NCBI GenBank assembly: GCA_025453395.1
Contig: JALOQK010000001.1
Location: forward strand, 10,244-74,243
Direction: 5' to 3'
Length of the DNA stretch: 64,000 nucleotides
Source of the DNA: Candidatus Omnitrophota bacterium
Lineage (GTDB): Bacteria; Omnitrophota; Gorgyraeia; Gygaellales; Profunditerraquicolaceae
Below, one piece after another: positions 34,785-44,829 of the stretch (position 1 is its first letter; every line of letters begins with the position of its first letter). The notes below the pieces were generated by a model, which saw only the letters and a list, made by a program, of their open reading frames with translations, was not told the origin of the DNA and searched no databases. Made by a program: the position numbers and the translations under genes.

Positions 34785-36239
34785 TTAACCCTTAATTACC
34801 CCTAACGGACGCATCCTGCAGACGCGTTTCGCCAAACCTGCCTCATGCACCACGCGCACCACATCATTCACATCCTTATACGCCGCAGGAGCTTCCTCCA
34901 CAATTGTGTCGCGCCCTGAAGCCTTTACAATTATACCCTTGGATTGCAAATCTTTCAATAGGATATCTTTATTTATTAAACGCAAGGCAGATGTGCGGGA
35001 TTTGACTCTACCCGCGCCATGACAAGCAGAGCCAAAGGTTTCGTCCATGGCTTTTTGCGTGCCGAACAAAAGATATGAATTTCTCCCCATATCACCGGGA
35101 ATAATTACCGGCTGGCCAAACTGGCGGTATTTATCCGGCAAGGCGGGATGCCCCGGGCCAAAGGCGCGGGTGGCGCCCTTTCTATGCACACATAAAGCTT
35201 TCTGCTCTTTTCCAACCATGTGTTTCTCTATTTTAGCGATATTATGCGCCACATCATAAAGCAAACGCATGCCTAATTTCTCCCAAGATTTACTAAAGAC
35301 GCGCGCGAAAACTTCCCGGGACAAATGCATCAAACACTGACGATTCGCCCAAGCGTAATTTGCCGCGCATTTCATTGCTCCTAAATAAGCCTTGCCTTCT
35401 TGAGAGTTAACCGGCGCGCAAGCAAGCTGGCGGTCCGGAACAGTAATGGAATATTTTTGCATGCAACCGACCATTTCTCTGGCATAATCATCGCAGATTT
35501 GATAACCAAACCCCCGCGATCCAGAATGAATCATCACAGTTACCTGCCCCAAACGCAATTCCAGCGCGTCGCAAATTTCGCGGTCATAAAGCTGGTCAAT
35601 TACCTGCACTTCCAAAAAATGATTTCCTGAACCCAATGTCCCGGACTGCGATTGCCCTCGTTTATAGGCCTTCTCTGAGACCATATCAGGAAGCGCGCCT
35701 TGCATACATCCGTTTTCTTCAGTATAAATTAAATCCTCATCTATGCCAAAACCCCTTTTCACCGCCCAACCCGCGCCCTTAAGTAATATTTCTTTTTCTT
35801 CTCTGGCGCTTAAGCGGATATCACCTTCAGAGCCCACCCCTGATGGAATATCAGAAAACAAAGCATAGACTAAAGTTTCGAGTTTATCTTTAACTTCATC
35901 ATAATCAAGGTACGTAGTCAAAAGCCTGATGCCGCAATTTATATCATACCCTACCCCTCCGGGAGAAATAACTCCTGCTTCTTCCGGGTCGGTTGCCGCC
36001 ACCCCTCCGATCGGAAAGCCAAAACCCCAGTGTATATCCGGCATGGCCAAAGACGCTCTAACAATCCCCGGCAAGAACGCCACATTTGCCACCTGTTGGA
36101 CAGCTTTATCCTGCAAAATATCCTTAAGAAGTTTTTCATCCGCGTAAATAATGCCCGGCACGCGCATGCCGCCAGTTTTAGGAACGCGCCAGCGAAAATC
36201 GTCAATTTTCTCTAATTTTATTTCAGACATCAAAGACAA
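34785..36239 (-). CDS. rtcB: RtcB-family RNA 3'-phosphate ligase
   Basis: 484 aa; conserved SGNHFLEVQ, His/Cys metal ligands, C-terminal GRV. Confidence 0.85.
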   Translation of the reverse strand: MSLMSEIKLEKIDDFRWRVPKTGGMRVPGIIYADEKLLKDILQDKAVQQVANVAFLPGIVRASLAMPDIHWGFGFPIGGVAATDPEEAGVISPGGVGYDINCGIRLLTTYLDYDEVKDKLETLVYALFSDIPSGVGSEGDIRLSAREEKEILLKGAGWAVKRGFGIDEDLIYTEENGCMQGALPDMVSEKAYKRGQSQSGTLGSGNHFLEVQVIDQLYDREICDALELRLGQVTVMIHSGSRGFGYQICDDYAREMVGCMQKYSITVPDRQLACAPVNSQEGKAYLGAMKCAANYAWANRQCLMHLSREVFARVFSKSWEKLGMRLLYDVAHNIAKIEKHMVGKEQKALCVHRKGATRAFGPGHPALPDKYRQFGQPVIIPGDMGRNSYLLFGTQKAMDETFGSACHGAGRVKSRTSALRLINKDILLKDLQSKGIIVKASGRDTIVEEAPAAYKDVNDVVRVVHEAGLAKRVCRMRPLGVIKG

Positions 36240-36645
36240 CCTGGGCCTGGTAACCGCGCGGGGTTTGGGAAAGCTTAAGTTCGTGGTAGGTAGCAGCTTT
36301 TATTTCAGTATTAACTTTATAATGATTCATATCTACGCCCACAGCAACAGCATCTATGAATTTGTCACTTACCTGATTGATCTTAAAATCCTCAAAAACC
36401 ATTGATTCCGTCTGCGACAAATACAATAATTGATTCAGCCAATTCACTAAAAGCTCTTCAGCGTTAGCGCCTTTTTGCATCACAACCATTTGATGGCTTT
36501 CTGTTTTAGAGGGATTGACTTTTTGAGCAGAAATATCAAAAAGCGCCAAGCCAGCATTACGGAAAAGGCCAGATAAGTCTTTTGCCTGCACCCGCATGCC
36601 GATATCTGCGGTATGATCTAAGATCTGGTAAAAATCTTTTCCCAT
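36223..36645 (-). CDS. archease (RtcB activator)
   Basis: 140 aa; DHTADIGMRV signature; overlaps the rtcB start. Confidence 0.75.
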   Translation of the reverse strand: MGKDFYQILDHTADIGMRVQAKDLSGLFRNAGLALFDISAQKVNPSKTESHQMVVMQKGANAEELLVNWLNQLLYLSQTESMVFEDFKINQVSDKFIDAVAVGVDMNHYKVNTEIKAATYHELKLSQTPRGYQAQVVFDV

Positions 36646-36653
36646 AGGATAAC

Positions 36654-38435
36654 TTATCTGGAATAAACCGGCCGCGCGCAGTAATGGGTATGCAGAAGCT
36701 CTTCGGATTTCTCGCCTAATGGCTTTTCCAGAAACTCCTCGTATAATTTTTTAACCGCCGGATTCTCATGGGACTTGCGGATAGGCTTATTTTTATCTTC
36801 CTCGTAAATAGCCTGCATTCTTTTCTGGCGCACTTCTGTATTAGTGGGCAAAGGCTGGCCGCCTCCGCCGATACACCCGCCGGGGCAGGTCATAATCTCA
36901 ATAAAAGCATATGGAGACTTTCCGGATTTTATTTCATCAAGCAATACGCGCGCTTTGCTTAAAGAACTTGCCACCGCCACTTTTATTTTTAAGCCATCAA
37001 TATCCACTTCCGCGGTTTTGATTCCATCTAAACCGCGCAAATTCTCAAAGTCTAGTTTTTCAAGCGTTTTTCCTGTTAACACTTCATAGGCGGTGCGCAG
37101 CGCCGCCTCCATAACTCCGCCGGTTGCGCCGAAAATTACTGCCGCGCCGGTTGAAACTCCCAGAGGTTCATCAAAATTCTCATCTTTTAATTCATTAAAA
37201 CATATCCCCGCCTCTTGTATCATGCGCGCGGCCTCGCGGGTAGTTAAAACATAATCCACGTCAAAAAACGCCTCTTCATCCTTAAGTTTCATCTTATCTT
37301 TCCAATATAAAAAGGCGCTTTTCATTTCCGCTCGCTTGGCCTCAAATTTCTTGGCAGTGCAGGGCATAATAGAAACTACCACAATATTTCTGGGGTCAAC
37401 GCCCATCTTTTGGGCGTAATAAGTCTTGGCAATTGCCCCGAACATCTGCTGGGGAGATTTACAGCTTGATACGTGTTTTAAGGCCTCAGGATAAAAATGC
37501 TCGGCAAACTTAATCCAGCCTGGCGAGCAGGAAGTAATCATCGGCAAAACACCTTTATGCTTAATGCGCTCAATCAACTCAAAACCTTCCTCCATAATGG
37601 TAAGATCGGCGCTAAACTGCGTATCAAAAACCTTATTGAATCCCATACGGCGAAGCGCGGCTGCCATTTTGCCGGTAGCCAAACTCCCCGCAGGCATGCC
37701 GAATTCCTCGCCTATGGAAGCGCGCACTGCCGGAGCAGTTTCCACTAAAACTATTTTTTTAGGGTCTGACAGATCCCGCCATACATTTTCAATCGCGCTT
37801 TGCTCAATAATCGCGCCGGTTGGACAAACCAATAAACATTGCCCGCAGTTAATACATTCAACATTGCCCAGGCCCATCTCCATAAAAGTTGAAACGTAGC
37901 TTAACTTACCGCGGTGTATAGTATCAATGGCATTTACCGACTGCACTTTAGAGCAGACCGCGATACAACGCCGGCACAAAATACATTTATCCGCGTCACG
38001 GATCAGAGAAGGAGAAGTCTTATCTACTGTAATGCCGGATTTAAGCGCCTTGACAAAAGGGGCATCTCTGACCCCCATATCATGCGCCAGGCGGCGCAAT
38101 TCGCAATGCTGATTGCGGTCGCAAAAAAAACAATCTTCAGGATGAGACGCAAGCAGCAATTCCAGATTTGTCTTGCGCGCGCGGCGCACACGCTGGCTGT
38201 TAGTAAGAATCTCCATGCCGTTGTTTACCGCGGTAACACATGAGCGCAAAAGCGTCTTTGCCCCCTTTACTTCCACGACACAAATAGAACAGCTGGCCTC
38301 TTCACTTATACCTTCAAGATAACAAAGCGTCGGGATGACAATCCCGGCGCTTCTGCAGGCTGCAAGTATCGTTGAGCCCTGAGGAACCTCTATATCTTTT
38401 CCGTCAATTTTTATGCGCACATTATTTTCCGGCAT
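36654..38435 (-). CDS. hydA: [FeFe] hydrogenase catalytic subunit HydA (M3 architecture: 2Fe-2S + accessory 4Fe-4S domains + H-domain)
   Basis: 593 aa. Motif L2 MPCTAKKFE and L3 EIMTCPGGCIGGGGQP are canonical. L1 reads ITSCSPGW (tgc tcg on the coding strand) instead of TSCCPGW. Confidence 0.85.
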   Translation of the reverse strand: MPENNVRIKIDGKDIEVPQGSTILAACRSAGIVIPTLCYLEGISEEASCSICVVEVKGAKTLLRSCVTAVNNGMEILTNSQRVRRARKTNLELLLASHPEDCFFCDRNQHCELRRLAHDMGVRDAPFVKALKSGITVDKTSPSLIRDADKCILCRRCIAVCSKVQSVNAIDTIHRGKLSYVSTFMEMGLGNVECINCGQCLLVCPTGAIIEQSAIENVWRDLSDPKKIVLVETAPAVRASIGEEFGMPAGSLATGKMAAALRRMGFNKVFDTQFSADLTIMEEGFELIERIKHKGVLPMITSCSPGWIKFAEHFYPEALKHVSSCKSPQQMFGAIAKTYYAQKMGVDPRNIVVVSIMPCTAKKFEAKRAEMKSAFLYWKDKMKLKDEEAFFDVDYVLTTREAARMIQEAGICFNELKDENFDEPLGVSTGAAVIFGATGGVMEAALRTAYEVLTGKTLEKLDFENLRGLDGIKTAEVDIDGLKIKVAVASSLSKARVLLDEIKSGKSPYAFIEIMTCPGGCIGGGGQPLPTNTEVRQKRMQAIYEEDKNKPIRKSHENPAVKKLYEEFLEKPLGEKSEELLHTHYCARPVYSR

Positions 38436-38449
38436 GGCATTTCCTTCTT

Positions 38450-41400
38450 TTATTCAATAAGCGCTTCCTCTTTCACGTCGCAACGCAGGCAACGCGAAGC
38501 TTCAATATCAACCTGTTTTCTTGATAATCCTTGCGAAACTTCCTTAAAATTACAAAGGCGTGATCCGACCGGGAGAAACTTTCCGGATTGTTTGGACTGT
38601 CTTGCCGGCTTAAGAGGAACTTTATTCCTGTATTCATGCTTTTTAAATAACTTAATAAACCTATCCTTACCGGTTAACTCTTTATCAATTACCTGCGCCG
38701 CTTTCTTGCCATAACCCATGGCTTCAACCGCGGTAGAAGGCCCGGTAACCAAATCCCCTCCCGCGTAATAACCGCTTACGTTGGCCTTGAGGGTAAAACC
38801 ATCAATCTTGACCGTGCCGTTTTTATTAAGATTGATCCCGCTTTCCCTGATAAATTCCGAATCCACGCGCTCGCCGATAGCCACCATCACCGTATCGCAG
38901 GGGATCTGGTAAGTTTCATTAGTTGCCTCGGGGATTTTTCTGCCCGCAAAGTCATAGCCTCCGGGCAGCATCTTAACAACTTCAAGCGCCTTTACCTTTT
39001 TTTGCGCATCAGCCAATATCGCCTTGGGAGAAGCAAGAAAAACAAATTTAATGCCCTCAGCTTCGGCCTCTCTTATCTCGTCTTTATTCGCTGGCATATC
39101 CTGCTTTTCTCTGCGGTAAACAACCGTAACTTTTGCGCCCAGCCTCCAGGCGGTGCGCGCGGCATCAATAGCGGCGTTACCAGCCCCGATAATCAAAACT
39201 TCCTTTCCGATGTCAATTTTCTTGCCTAGAAGAACTTCTTCCAGGAAATGCGTAGCCGAATAAACACCCGGGAATTCTTCTCCGGGGATCTGCAAAAACA
39301 TGCTTTGGTAAGAACCGGTTGCCAAAAATACCGCATCGTAATCCTGCCTTATTTGTTTAAGCCTTTCAGAATTTACTTTCTTATTAAAAACAAATTTTAC
39401 TCCCAGCTTTTTAATAAAGCCTAATTCCTTGGCAAGGATCTTTTTGGGCAGGCGATACTCAGGTATCCCGTAACGCAAAATACCGCCTGGTTGGGATTTT
39501 TCTTCGAAGACAACTACTTCGTGGCCTAAGCGCACAAGATAAAAAGCTGCGGTAAAACCTGCGGGGCCGGCTCCGATGACCGCAACTTTCTTGCCGGTCT
39601 TAGGCATTTTCTCCTTGATAAAACGCCTCAGGACTTCAGGTTCTTTCTTTAGCTTATACACCTGGTCCGCGACAAATCTGTGCACTTCGCCTTGAGAAAC
39701 TGGCTGGTCAAGGTCTTCCCTGCGACAACGCATCTTGCAATGGAAATGACAAATCCTGCCTGAAGAAGAGGGTATGGGATTATCCCGGTAGATCAGGTCA
39801 AAAGCATCTAAAAGCCTGTCTTCTTTTATAAGTTCCAGGAAACCGGGGATATTCATATGCAAAGGGCAGCTGTTTTCGCAAGGAGAAAGAAAAAGCGTCT
39901 TACACACGCCTGCATCGCAATGTTTTCCCTGAATATGTTCAAGATATTCATTGCGGAAATATTTCATAGTAGTTAATATTGGATTTGGCCCGGTCTGGCC
40001 AAGCCCGCAGAGGGCGGTATCTTTAATTACCTCGCCTAAACTTTCCAGCTGCAACAATTGCCCAAGATTTGCTTTACCCTCAGCAATAGCATTCAAGGTA
40101 TTAAGCGACTGATATAGGCCTTCACGGCAGGGAGTGCATTTTCCGCAAGATTCAGAAGTAGTAAACTCGGTAAAATAACGCGCTACATCCACCATGCAAT
40201 TGTCATCGTCCATAACCACCATCCCGCCTGAACCCATAATCGCGCCAAGCGCATTTAAGGATTCATAGTCTACAGGGGTCTTAAATAATTCTACAGGGAT
40301 ACATCCTCCGGAAGGGCCTCCGGTCTGCACAGCTTTGACTTTTTTCTTAGTCCCGGTACCTTGCCCGATATTATAGATTAACGTAAGAAGAGATTCGCCT
40401 AAAGCAAGCTCAACTAATCCGGTATTTTTTATTTTCCCCACCAAAGAAAAGACTTTTGTGCCTGAGCTTTTTTCTGTGCCGGTCTGGTTAAACCAGCTTC
40501 CGCCTTTGGCGATGATCGCCGGAATGTTACAGTATGTTTCCACATTATTGATATTTGTAGGCTTATTCCAAATCCCCTTTTGGGCGGGAAACGGCGGACG
40601 CGGACACGGCATGCCTCTTCTTCCTTCAATAGAAGCAATAAGCGCAGTTTCTTCGCCGCAGACAAAGGCCCCTGCCCCCTCAACAAGATGTATATCAAAG
40701 CAAAAATTACTGCCTAAAATGTTTTTCCCCAAAAACCCGTATTCCTGCGCTTGAAGGATAGCTTTCTGCAAACGCTCAACCGCAAGAGGATATTCCGCGC
40801 GGATATAAATAATGCCTTCATTTCCGCCCATGGCAAAGGCTGCGATAAGCATGCCTTCAATAAGCATATGCGGGTCGCTTTCAATTTCATTGCGATTCAT
40901 ATATGCTCCGGGATCGCCCTCATCAGCATTGCAGACAATATATTTCTTGTCCGCTTTTTCCTGTTTCATTAACTCCCATTTTCTCCCTGTAGGAAAACCC
41001 GCGCCTCCTCTGCCGCGAAGCTTTGACAACTTTACTTCTTCTATGACTTGTTCTGGCGACATACCGTTTATAACCTTAGCAATACTGCTATATCCGCCAA
41101 CAGCAATATACTCTTGGATATCTTCGGGATTAATCAGGCCGCAATCTCGCAAGACGATTTTTTTCTGCCATTTAAAGAAATCTACTTGATTCCATAAAGG
41201 TATCGCATCCAACCCTTGCCCATAAGTAATCTGGCCGGTTAAGTGATCCCATTTCTCTATACGGCAAAGGGCTTTTTTCTCCGGAATATTGCCACGGGAA
41301 ACAGCATCAAGTATTGCCTTAACATCTTTGGTTGTGACTTTCTGAAGAATAACAAGCGGATTTCCCGGAATAGCGATATTTACCAATGGCTCATTCACGC

Positions 41401-41605
41401 AAAAACCAAAACAACCTACCTTGGTAAGATTAATCTTGAGTTTTCTTTTAGTAATGCCACTAGCAAATGCTTTATAGACCTGGTCCGCGCCGTTACCTAT
41501 GCCACAGGTACCTAAACCCACGGCAATGCGCGGCCTGTCAGTAAAGATTTTACTCAAACCCTTTTCTCTGACCACTTGCAAATCATTCAGATTCATAATC
41601 TTCAT
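38450..41605 (-). CDS. NuoF-like (51-kDa, FMN/NADH) flavoprotein fused to a GltD-like FAD/NAD(P)H oxidoreductase domain; hydrogenase diaphorase subunit
   Basis: 1051 aa. The N-terminal region has a thioredoxin-like segment plus GRGGAGFPTGRKW FMN site and 4Fe-4S Cys clusters. The C-terminal ~450 aa have two dinucleotide folds (VAVIGAGPAGFTAA; VLIIGAGNAAIDAA), typical of glutamate synthase small-subunit-like reductases. Confidence 0.75.
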   Translation of the reverse strand: MKIMNLNDLQVVREKGLSKIFTDRPRIAVGLGTCGIGNGADQVYKAFASGITKRKLKINLTKVGCFGFCVNEPLVNIAIPGNPLVILQKVTTKDVKAILDAVSRGNIPEKKALCRIEKWDHLTGQITYGQGLDAIPLWNQVDFFKWQKKIVLRDCGLINPEDIQEYIAVGGYSSIAKVINGMSPEQVIEEVKLSKLRGRGGAGFPTGRKWELMKQEKADKKYIVCNADEGDPGAYMNRNEIESDPHMLIEGMLIAAFAMGGNEGIIYIRAEYPLAVERLQKAILQAQEYGFLGKNILGSNFCFDIHLVEGAGAFVCGEETALIASIEGRRGMPCPRPPFPAQKGIWNKPTNINNVETYCNIPAIIAKGGSWFNQTGTEKSSGTKVFSLVGKIKNTGLVELALGESLLTLIYNIGQGTGTKKKVKAVQTGGPSGGCIPVELFKTPVDYESLNALGAIMGSGGMVVMDDDNCMVDVARYFTEFTTSESCGKCTPCREGLYQSLNTLNAIAEGKANLGQLLQLESLGEVIKDTALCGLGQTGPNPILTTMKYFRNEYLEHIQGKHCDAGVCKTLFLSPCENSCPLHMNIPGFLELIKEDRLLDAFDLIYRDNPIPSSSGRICHFHCKMRCRREDLDQPVSQGEVHRFVADQVYKLKKEPEVLRRFIKEKMPKTGKKVAVIGAGPAGFTAAFYLVRLGHEVVVFEEKSQPGGILRYGIPEYRLPKKILAKELGFIKKLGVKFVFNKKVNSERLKQIRQDYDAVFLATGSYQSMFLQIPGEEFPGVYSATHFLEEVLLGKKIDIGKEVLIIGAGNAAIDAARTAWRLGAKVTVVYRREKQDMPANKDEIREAEAEGIKFVFLASPKAILADAQKKVKALEVVKMLPGGYDFAGRKIPEATNETYQIPCDTVMVAIGERVDSEFIRESGINLNKNGTVKIDGFTLKANVSGYYAGGDLVTGPSTAVEAMGYGKKAAQVIDKELTGKDRFIKLFKKHEYRNKVPLKPARQSKQSGKFLPVGSRLCNFKEVSQGLSRKQVDIEASRCLRCDVKEEALIE

Positions 41606-42126
41606 TTTTTCTTCTTTCGGGCAATCCCTTGCACGATCTGACGTAATTTACTTTCAGTCATATGGCCGTAGATAACTCCATCCACCTCTACAACCGGCGC
41701 CAACGCGCACTGGCCAAAACAAGCCACTGTCCTTAAGGTAAATTTATTGTCCGCAGTAGTTAAAAATAGCTTCTCGCCCTGATGATGGCCCTCTTCTTTC
41801 AGGCCTAGAAGCTGTTTAAGATATTCCAGAATATTTTTTGAGCGTCGGGTATGGCAGGCAGTGCCGCGGCAGATAATAATAGTATGGTCGCCTTGGGGCT
41901 TAAGATTAAAAAAAGCGTAAAAAGTAACTACCCCGTAGATTTTGGCAAGAGGGATATTGGTTTTTTGAGAAATGTATTCTAATGTTTCCTGAGGAAGATA
42001 CTTGTGGCAATTTAGCTGCTGGACTTCTTCTAATATGCCCAAAAGCGCTCCGGGATTCGAGCCATATTTAGCAATTACCCGGTCTATCTTTTTGGTATGG
42101 TTACTTTGCGTGGACATTTCCGCCAT
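41602..42126 (-). CDS. NuoE-like [2Fe-2S] thioredoxin-fold subunit of the hydrogenase (HydC/HndA type)
   Basis: 174 aa; CRGTAC...CFGQCALAP Cys pattern. There is a 4-nt overlap with the downstream flavoprotein gene. Confidence 0.75.
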   Translation of the reverse strand: MAEMSTQSNHTKKIDRVIAKYGSNPGALLGILEEVQQLNCHKYLPQETLEYISQKTNIPLAKIYGVVTFYAFFNLKPQGDHTIIICRGTACHTRRSKNILEYLKQLLGLKEEGHHQGEKLFLTTADNKFTLRTVACFGQCALAPVVEVDGVIYGHMTESKLRQIVQGIARKKKK

Positions 42127-42253
42127 TTCCGTTAAAGAATTAGCCAGCTATAATTAACGCTTATATTAGCATCAACTTATGCCTGTGTCTATTTCTTTTT
42201 AGGATCCGCTTAGCAGATGATATTTTCTTAAGAGGATTATCGGAAAATTCAAC

Positions 42254-42326
42254 TGGGCCATGCGGGAGTCGAACCTGCGACCTTGACATTAAGAGTGTCC
42301 TGCTCTACCAATTGAGCTAATGGCCC
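42254..42326 (-). tRNA. tRNA-Lys (anticodon CTT)
   Basis: Manual fold. Acceptor GGGCCAT/ATGGCCC+A; D-arm GCTCAATTGGTAGAGC; anticodon loop CTCTTAA gives CTT; T-arm GCAGGTTCGACTCCCGC with one mismatch. Confidence 0.7.
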
Positions 42327-42458
42327 TATATTCTTTATATGTAAGAGCCATTAGCGGAATCCTCCGAAGCGGAATGAATTCCCCAAAGGCCCTAATCTAT
42401 TATAGTGGAGGGATATTCTATCCTAAAATACCCCGGTTTGCAAGGCAGATTTTCATTC

Positions 42459-43871
42459 TTAATCCACTATCTGATATTCCTCTGCTCTCTTGTGAAGCAA
42501 TCGGTTTATTTCGGGGACAATAACGCCTGCGTCTAAATTCTTGGCAATAAACATGGCCATATCCAAGCAGTGATCCACATTATAGTAATCTGACATACCA
42601 AGCCTTCCTGTATATATTATATTCTCAATAGAATTTAATTCTTTAAAAATCTTATCTTTTTTCTCCTGAAAACCAAGCTCATACACAGGATAAAAAGCCG
42701 GAATCCTGACTAAACAGCTATCCAGGACCTGATTCTTATTTACAATCTTTAAGCCCTCTAACCCCTTAACGCAAAGCGCCAGGATTTCTCCATCTGGTTT
42801 CTTAAAAAGGCCGCTTTTTACTTCGCTTGTAAAATCACAGCAGATAACTGTCTTATCTTCAGGAAAACCCTTGGTCGAAATAAGCTTTTGCTCTGAGATG
42901 CGCGAAAAAACAAGCTCCTTATCCGGACAGAAAACCCAATGATCATTCAAACAACTTGGCTTATCTATTAGAAAATAAGCGATCATACTGTGGCGCATCT
43001 TCAAAAAGTTATCTTCTTGGTTAATTTTCCTATCATCAGGAAATAATAAAGAAGTAACCTCATTTAAAGGAATAGAAGAAACCAGCATATCACAGTCTAT
43101 GGCCTGTTTATTATCAAATACAACTGTCTTTATTCTCTTCTCCTCCATGATAAATTTAACCGGTTTCTGGCACGTGCGGATTATATGACCCGACCTTAGA
43201 AGATTGTTAGCTAAGCCATCACAAACCTGGTAAAAACCTTCCTGAGGGTAAAAAAAGTGGCTGGCGTCAGTAAACTTACTTTCCTTCTTTATATTTAAGA
43301 GGCGAAAAACAAGGTCGTACATATTCCTGACAGGAATTCTTTTCTTGGCAATCTGGGCGCTTAACTCTTTTGGATCTCCCCAGACTTTATACGCTAACGG
43401 TAAGAAAACCGTCTGGTAAATCTTATTGCCAAAGATATTCTTACAGTATTCTTCATAGGTAGAAGCTTCTTTCAAGAATGGCGTGCGCAGAAGTGTAAGC
43501 AATACTGAAATACTTAAATGGATAACTTCTATTGGGTTAAAAACCTTAACCAATTGCACCAATTTCACCGGATAATCCATCAATTTCCCGCGCAGAATAA
43601 TCTTATGCTTCTTTTCTACTGTCTTAAGCGTGCTATTTGAAATCTTCATAAATTCATCCATGATCCCCGGGATAACAGAATAAACCTTGTGCGGACCGTA
43701 ATCAAGTTTTATGCCTTTAAAATCATAATACCCGCACAATCCCCCCAGCCTATTTTCCTTCTCGCAAAGAACAATATCATACTTATTCAGTTTAGACAAT
43801 TCCCACGCGGCAGTTAAACCGCTTATACCGCCTCCTAAAACAATAACCTTTTGCTTATTTTTATTATTCAT
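42459..43871 (-). CDS. FAD-dependent oxidoreductase, UDP-galactopyranose-mutase (Glf)-like
   Basis: N-terminal VIVLGGGISGLTAA FAD fold; C-terminal YTGRLG-x-Y-x-Y-x-x-DMA resembles the Glf GRLGxYxYxDMD motif. The ATG at 43871 is preferred because the ORF-track start at 43886 is TTG. Confidence 0.5.
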   Translation of the reverse strand: MNNKNKQKVIVLGGGISGLTAAWELSKLNKYDIVLCEKENRLGGLCGYYDFKGIKLDYGPHKVYSVIPGIMDEFMKISNSTLKTVEKKHKIILRGKLMDYPVKLVQLVKVFNPIEVIHLSISVLLTLLRTPFLKEASTYEEYCKNIFGNKIYQTVFLPLAYKVWGDPKELSAQIAKKRIPVRNMYDLVFRLLNIKKESKFTDASHFFYPQEGFYQVCDGLANNLLRSGHIIRTCQKPVKFIMEEKRIKTVVFDNKQAIDCDMLVSSIPLNEVTSLLFPDDRKINQEDNFLKMRHSMIAYFLIDKPSCLNDHWVFCPDKELVFSRISEQKLISTKGFPEDKTVICCDFTSEVKSGLFKKPDGEILALCVKGLEGLKIVNKNQVLDSCLVRIPAFYPVYELGFQEKKDKIFKELNSIENIIYTGRLGMSDYYNVDHCLDMAMFIAKNLDAGVIVPEINRLLHKRAEEYQIVD

Positions 43872-44829
43872 CTTTTTTCCGGGCAATCATTAAATATTGA
43901 CTGGCAAAATAAGGCAGAAGCATTTCTTTAATGGGCATAAACGCATACGGAAACCTTGCAATCTTGGCCAAAGGCTTAGAATACACTTCCAAACGGCTGG
44001 CTAAATAATCATAGCTTAATTTTTGAAAGTGCATTTTATGGGAGATTCTTTTGAAACCATGCTTATCCAAATATGCCGTAAGCGTTTTAGGCGTAAAATA
44101 ATAAAGGTGCACCGAAAGTAAAAACCACCAATGCCTTCCTGAAAGACGCGCCAAGAAATCATCTATGCGCGGATAATTAATCACCAAAAGCCCCCCGGGT
44201 TTTAATATCCGATTTATTTCTTTTAGTGTTTCACCCGGAGAAGCAACATGCTCTAAAACATCCCACAAGGTAACAATATCAAAACTTTTATCCGGCAATT
44301 TCGCTTCTTCTAATACCCCGCAAAACATCTTAACAGCGTAATTCTTCCTGGCAAATTCACACAGCCACTTGGAAGGCTCTACCCCTAAAGCATCATACCC
44401 GGCATCCCGGGCAACCCTGACAAAAATCCCGGAAGCCGCCCCCACATCCAATAAATTTCCTGACCTGCACAAACCTTGAATGGCTTTAAGGCAGTTCTTA
44501 AACGTTTGACTTCTGCCTTTTTCCTGCGAAACATACTGCTTATCCTCAGCCAAAGAATAGCTTTTAACGATTAATTCCTGTTTTGCCCGAGGCGAAAGAT
44601 AAATCAAGCCGCATTTCTTACAGCGCACGGCCTGCTCAAAGAATATCTGGCTGCTCGCGGAGGAATAGATCTTTAACAACTCATCTTTTGCCTTGGGAAT
44701 CTTTGTTGGGTCTGAAGCAAAAATAACTTCGCTTTCCAAAGAAGAACTGCCGCAAAAGTCACACGGCACATCTTCATAGAGATCAAGAGAGAAGTGCTTA
44801 TTTTCTAAAGGTCTGGTAGCCATAGGCAA
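43864..44829 (-). CDS. class I SAM-dependent methyltransferase with N-terminal zinc ribbon
   Basis: CDFCGS...CKKCG ribbon; motif I LLDVGAASGIF; 321 aa. Confidence 0.7.
   Translation of the reverse strand: MPMATRPLENKHFSLDLYEDVPCDFCGSSSLESEVIFASDPTKIPKAKDELLKIYSSASSQIFFEQAVRCKKCGLIYLSPRAKQELIVKSYSLAEDKQYVSQEKGRSQTFKNCLKAIQGLCRSGNLLDVGAASGIFVRVARDAGYDALGVEPSKWLCEFARKNYAVKMFCGVLEEAKLPDKSFDIVTLWDVLEHVASPGETLKEINRILKPGGLLVINYPRIDDFLARLSGRHWWFLLSVHLYYFTPKTLTAYLDKHGFKRISHKMHFQKLSYDYLASRLEVYSKPLAKIARFPYAFMPIKEMLLPYFASQYLMIARKKDE

Noticed and set aside
43872-43886. ORF-track start at 43886 for the Glf-like gene
   Set aside because: The codon at 43884-43886 is TTG. An in-frame ATG at 43869-43871 gives MNNKNK... 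with a 4-8-nt overlap to the upstream gene, typical of this operon.
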